NCBI GenBank assembly: GCA_050633245.1
Contig: JBOEGD010000003.1
Span: forward strand, 15,011-76,241
Reading direction: 5' to 3'
DNA: 61,231 bases
Origin: Calditrichia bacterium
Lineage (GTDB): Bacteria > Calditrichota > Calditrichia > RBG-13-44-9 > J075
Within the stretch, counting starts at the first letter, position 1, and the number at the start of each line of letters is the position of its first letter. Below are positions 57,503-61,231 of this stretch, in pieces. The position numbers and the translations under genes are program-made. The notes under the pieces are model-generated. The model was not told the origin of the DNA. It ran no database searches and saw nothing but the letters and a program-made list of their open reading frames with translations.

Positions 57503-57962
57503 ATACAGAAAGACTCAGCTGGGCCTTGTTGCCAATTTAGTCTTACCGTCTTTCTATATCCATCTTCAGGGATTTCTTAAAATTACATGCCAGGCAAAGT
57601 TTTAAAGATGGCGCCCCCAAAGGGTGATATATATTGTTGAAATCCTTTGAGTATCGCCAATTGTCGTCAACACGACCTGAAAAAATTTTATGTTCAGTCT
57701 ACGGGTTTTCTGAACAACCGTCGGCAAATTTTCGTAGAAAAAGAGTGAACTATTATCGTATTAGCTTATCAAGGTTGCCTAATACCAGGATGGAAGATCA
57801 GATTTAAGTAGACAATACTCGCTTATACGATATATTTTAGACATTCAAAATCCACTAAAGATTAAACAATAATATACAAATACCTGGTGCAAAAAACGAG
57901 CTGCTTTAACCGCCTCATACCCGGCTCAAAGGTTAACACCAATTAAAAAAGAAGGCTTGAAA

Positions 57963-58487
57963 ATGAAAAAACTTCAACCTCACCATGAAAGTTCAACCTC
58001 TCCTTCTACACTCCGACACAACCTTAGCGAGCTGGATTTCAAAATTATGCGTCATGTAATTGACGACGGCAGAAAGTCGTTGACGGATATCGCGAAAGAC
58101 TTAAACGTATCGATCGGCACAGTTAGTAATCACCTTACACGTTTACAAAGCGATGGGATTCTGCTGGTATTTGGTCAGGTACACCCGAATCGGATTGGCT
58201 TCAATACCTATGCACAGGTATGTATTGCGGTGCGACCAGCCAATAAGATAGACGCGATTGCCAAGGCAATCATGACAATTCCCGAAGTGAGCTTTGTTGC
58301 TCAAATCTCAGGAGAATTTGACTTGGAGATTAACGTCATGTGTCGGGACAACGATCACCTTACCAGCGTTTTGAATGAGAGTGTGTATACATTGGAAGGG
58401 ATTTCTTATACGCGCACAAACATATATCTAAAAATCTTCAAGGTTGCTCAACCAGCTCTCGAACTTCTGGCAGAACAAACAAATTGA
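57963..58487 (+). CDS. Lrp/AsnC family transcriptional regulator
   Basis: LDFKIM...DGRKSLTDIAKDLNVSIGTV HTH and IPEV...SGEFDL ligand-binding domain. Confidence 0.9.
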   Translation: MKKLQPHHESSTSPSTLRHNLSELDFKIMRHVIDDGRKSLTDIAKDLNVSIGTVSNHLTRLQSDGILLVFGQVHPNRIGFNTYAQVCIAVRPANKIDAIAKAIMTIPEVSFVAQISGEFDLEINVMCRDNDHLTSVLNESVYTLEGISYTRTNIYLKIFKVAQPALELLAEQTN

Positions 58488-58526
58488 CATTCGACAAAGT
58501 GACTTTTAATGAACAATGAACAATTG

Positions 58527-60005
58527 TCACTTCAGGGCTTCAGGGAAAACAGTTAAATCAATTCCCCAAAGCAGTGGCAACAGAAAGTAAACTAGTAGCG
58601 AGATCAATAGAATCGACAATAGGTTTAACCAAATTCCGGTACGAATCATATCCGGCATTTCCAGATAGCCGGATCCGAAAACCACAGCATTGGGTGGAGT
58701 GGCCACAGGTAGCATAAACGCGCAGCTGGCGGCCAATGTTGCTGAAACCATAAGCGCATATGGGTGTACATCAATCGCTAAAGCCATCGGCGCTAAAATT
58801 GGCAATAACATAGCGGTCGTCGCAAGGTTGGAGGTGATTTCCGTTAGAAAGTTTACCACCGCAATTAGCACTATTACGATGATAAATAGGGAAATCCCCT
58901 CCAGCAGAGTCATTTGACTGCCAATCCAGCTTGCGAGCCCGCTCACCTTAAACCCGTCGGCGAGTGCCAGTCCACCGCCAAACAGAAGTAGAATTCCCCA
59001 AGGCAGTCTTTTCGCATCTTCCCATTTCAGTAGCTTTTCGCCAGCCTTTTTCGCAGGTAAAATAAAAAGCATGATCGCGCAAATAATGGCAATTATTGTA
59101 TCATCAATTGCCGGAATTAGCGGTTTCAGTAAAAAGGAGCGGCTTATCCATGCCGATGCGGTAACAACAAAAACGCCAAGCACCACCTTCTCCTCAAAGC
59201 CGATTTTGCCCAAGGCGGTTAACTGACGATTTACTTCATCCCGCCCTCCCGGAAACTCTTCCTGCTGAAGAACAAACATCTTCCGGGTAAGATAAAACCA
59301 GCTAATCGCCAATAGCAGCATTGAGATCGGTAATCCAAACGACATCCAGCCGGCGAAGGTGAGCTCTATGCCATAAGTTTCCTTAACCACTCCGGCAAGA
59401 ACCAGGTTCGGCGGCGTTCCGATAAGCGTTGCCATTCCACCAATTGAGGCACTATAGGCGATGGCAAGCATTAGAGCTTTGCCAAATATTAGATTCTCAT
59501 TTTCCTTGGTTGCAGGGTTGTTCCGCAGCTGTGCAATGATGGCCATTCCAATCGGAAGCATCATTACCGAGGTAGCGGTATTTGATATCCACATGGACAG
59601 AAAGGCCGTCGCAACCATGAATCCCAGAATAATACCGTTCATGTTCGCACCAATCGCCTGAATAATGTTCAAAGCAATGCGCCGATGTAAGTTCCACTTC
59701 TCAATAGCAAGGGCCAGCAGAAATCCACCCAGGAAAAGAAAAATAAACTTATGTCCGAAAGCGGCTGCCGTCGGCTTTAAAGGCAATCCACCCGTTAGCG
59801 GGAAAAGAACCAGCGGCAGTAATGCCGTCACCTCAATGGGAACGGCTCCGCTAATCCACCAAATGGCAATCCATGCAGTGGATGCCAGAACAGCCGTTCC
59901 TTCCAGCGACAAGCCCACGGGTTTTTCCACTAACAAAATGATAAAGAAAAGTAACGGCCCGGCATAAAGACCAATGGTTTTAATACGCATCGTTTTCGCT
60001 TTCAT
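58527..60005 (-). CDS. SLC13/DASS family sodium:dicarboxylate (or sulfate) symporter
   Basis: LSMWISNTAT, IGTPPN, TEITSNLAT and FMLPVATPPNA. Start at 60005 or 59990; the ORF track starts at 60122. Confidence 0.9.
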   Translation of the reverse strand: MKAKTMRIKTIGLYAGPLLFFIILLVEKPVGLSLEGTAVLASTAWIAIWWISGAVPIEVTALLPLVLFPLTGGLPLKPTAAAFGHKFIFLFLGGFLLALAIEKWNLHRRIALNIIQAIGANMNGIILGFMVATAFLSMWISNTATSVMMLPIGMAIIAQLRNNPATKENENLIFGKALMLAIAYSASIGGMATLIGTPPNLVLAGVVKETYGIELTFAGWMSFGLPISMLLLAISWFYLTRKMFVLQQEEFPGGRDEVNRQLTALGKIGFEEKVVLGVFVVTASAWISRSFLLKPLIPAIDDTIIAIICAIMLFILPAKKAGEKLLKWEDAKRLPWGILLLFGGGLALADGFKVSGLASWIGSQMTLLEGISLFIIVIVLIAVVNFLTEITSNLATTAMLLPILAPMALAIDVHPYALMVSATLAASCAFMLPVATPPNAVVFGSGYLEMPDMIRTGIWLNLLSILLISLLVYFLLPLLWGIDLTVFPEALK

Positions 60006-60182
60006 CAAGAAGAGAGAATTGAGAAGAGATAGCTTACAGATTTCCGGTGAAATAACAAAGCAAGCGGCAAAGAAAGGATGCCAAAGAAGAATGCACATCA
60101 ACAAGTTGAACGTGTTGAGCAATAGACGAAACCTTACAACAAAAGATCACGTCAGATACGTTATAACGAAACGGATCTTCCA

Positions 60183-61231
60183 ATGAAAACACTCTTATCA
60201 GTATTTCTCATACTTTTCACAGTATTCCCTCTGAGTTGTAGAAATGAAAATCCCTTACCTGAACACAAGAATTCTGTGAGTTTGGAAAAATTAGAGATAC
60301 AGTTCTTACCAAATCCCAATGTCATTTATAAAGTTGATGATGACCTCGGATTCGAGAACGTAAATTTCGGTCTTTCCACTTCCGGTAAGCTGACTATTGA
60401 ACAAGTTGATTCTCTACGACTCGTTTTTTACTCTCAATCAAATAAGCAGCTCACACAGTCCTATCCGCAAAGCTTGCTACAACATTATGTTCGTCGGAAT
60501 GCTGACAATTTCATTCTACACAACTTTCATCATTTATTTCCAAGACCATGCGATATTGACAGGCTTGTAATTTCGCTCTTCACTAACAACCATTCAGTTC
60601 TGCAAGACACCATTTCTTTGGTGAAATATCAGCAGTCCAACAGCTATCGTCTTCCTTTTAACAGCACCTGGTTTGTGTCATCAGGCCATGACTTTGGCGT
60701 AGAGCATCGCAGGCACTTGTCTCGCGGGCATTTCGCCTGGGATTTTGTCCGCATTAATCATATTGGTAAATCGGCAACCGGGAACTCACTCGATTCATAT
60801 TTCTCATATGGACAGGTTGTTCTTGCTCCGGCAGACGGAGTAGTTATCGCTATCCACGATGGCGAGACAGATAATGCCCCGGGACGTATCGAGAGCAAAA
60901 AGCCAAACTTCATAGAGATAGATCATGGTGGTAATGAAATAAGTCGGCTCGTTCACTTGAAGATGGGATCGATTATCGTTGCCACAGGTGATACCGTAAA
61001 GTCGGGGCAACCAATTGCAAAGGTTGGCAATTCGGGTTATTCGGAAAGACCGCATCTACATATCGGTTTTCAGCAATATATCCCGGACAAGAATGGAGAA
61101 ACGCTGGCTGTTCCAATTGCGGTTCAATTTAGCAACTATCAAGTTAGCTGGAATCAAGGTGTAGATCAGCCTGTATCCAGTGGCCGACCAAGACGCGGGC
61201 AGTTTCTTAGAACGGTGAGCGGTGAGCGGTG
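60183..61231 (+). CDS. M23 family peptidase lipoprotein (absent from the ORF track; stop lies at the window edge)
   Basis: Manual translation gives MKTLLSVFLILFTVFPLSC...YRLPFNSTW...H...FAWDF...APADGVV...HLKMGS...VGNSGYSERPHLHIG, 349 codons with no stop. The window ends in TG, probably the start of TGA. Confidence 0.85.
   Translation, partial: MKTLLSVFLILFTVFPLSCRNENPLPEHKNSVSLEKLEIQFLPNPNVIYKVDDDLGFENVNFGLSTSGKLTIEQVDSLRLVFYSQSNKQLTQSYPQSLLQHYVRRNADNFILHNFHHLFPRPCDIDRLVISLFTNNHSVLQDTISLVKYQQSNSYRLPFNSTWFVSSGHDFGVEHRRHLSRGHFAWDFVRINHIGKSATGNSLDSYFSYGQVVLAPADGVVIAIHDGETDNAPGRIESKKPNFIEIDHGGNEISRLVHLKMGSIIVATGDTVKSGQPIAKVGNSGYSERPHLHIGFQQYIPDKNGETLAVPIAVQFSNYQVSWNQGVDQPVSSGRPRRGQFLRTVSGER
61213..61231. 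repeat. Heptamer tandem repeat (CGGTGAG)n at the window end
   Basis: cggtgag cggtgag cggtg. Confidence 0.7.

Noticed and set aside
57503-57962. Riboswitch or ncRNA in the long intergenic region before the Lrp gene
   Set aside because: Only weak hairpins (e.g. TGTTCAG...CTGAACA) and no riboswitch consensus that I recognise.
1-61231. The many short ORFs overlapping long genes on the opposite strand or in other frames; also tRNA, rRNA, prophage and IS elements
   Set aside because: The short ORFs are shadows of well-supported genes with no motifs. I saw no tRNA cloverleaf, rRNA, integrase, transposase or phage structural gene.

Overview
About 61 kb of bacterial chromosome, gene-dense and rich in envelope, signalling and transport functions: TonB-dependent receptors, an Omp85 fusion, lipoproteins, an HtrA pair, a Ser/Thr kinase with an FHA protein, an ECF sigma/anti-sigma pair and several Na+-coupled transporters. 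The gene content suggests a diderm organism, possibly of the Calditrichota/KSB1/FCB type (inference only). I found no rRNA, tRNA, CRISPR array, integrase or transposase. The main feature is a minus-strand phage-shock-like locus at about 27.85-40.7 kb. It begins with a membrane-anchored ClpA/B-type double-AAA+ protein fused to a release-factor-2-like domain that lacks GGQ, followed by a PspF-type sigma54 activator. A complete sigma54 promoter comes next (palindromic UAS, IHF-like site, perfect -24/-12 box). The operon it drives reads: orphan ORF, pspA1, a ~480-nt non-coding element, DUF6159-like membrane protein, DUF4178, Arg/Ser/Gly-tailed protein, DUF350, membrane spermidine synthase, J-domain protein, CesT/YbjN-like chaperone, pspA2. 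The non-coding element is a chain of about 13 hairpins with about 24 GGA motifs on the sense strand and none on the antisense strand, and looks like an undescribed CsrB/RsmZ-like decoy RNA. Other oddities: a two-copy modular interspersed repeat, an active/inactive HtrA pair, a pseudo-erythromycin-esterase in a tandem TBDR-lipoprotein module, heptamer tandem repeats at both window ends, and an M23 peptidase gene missing from the ORF track.
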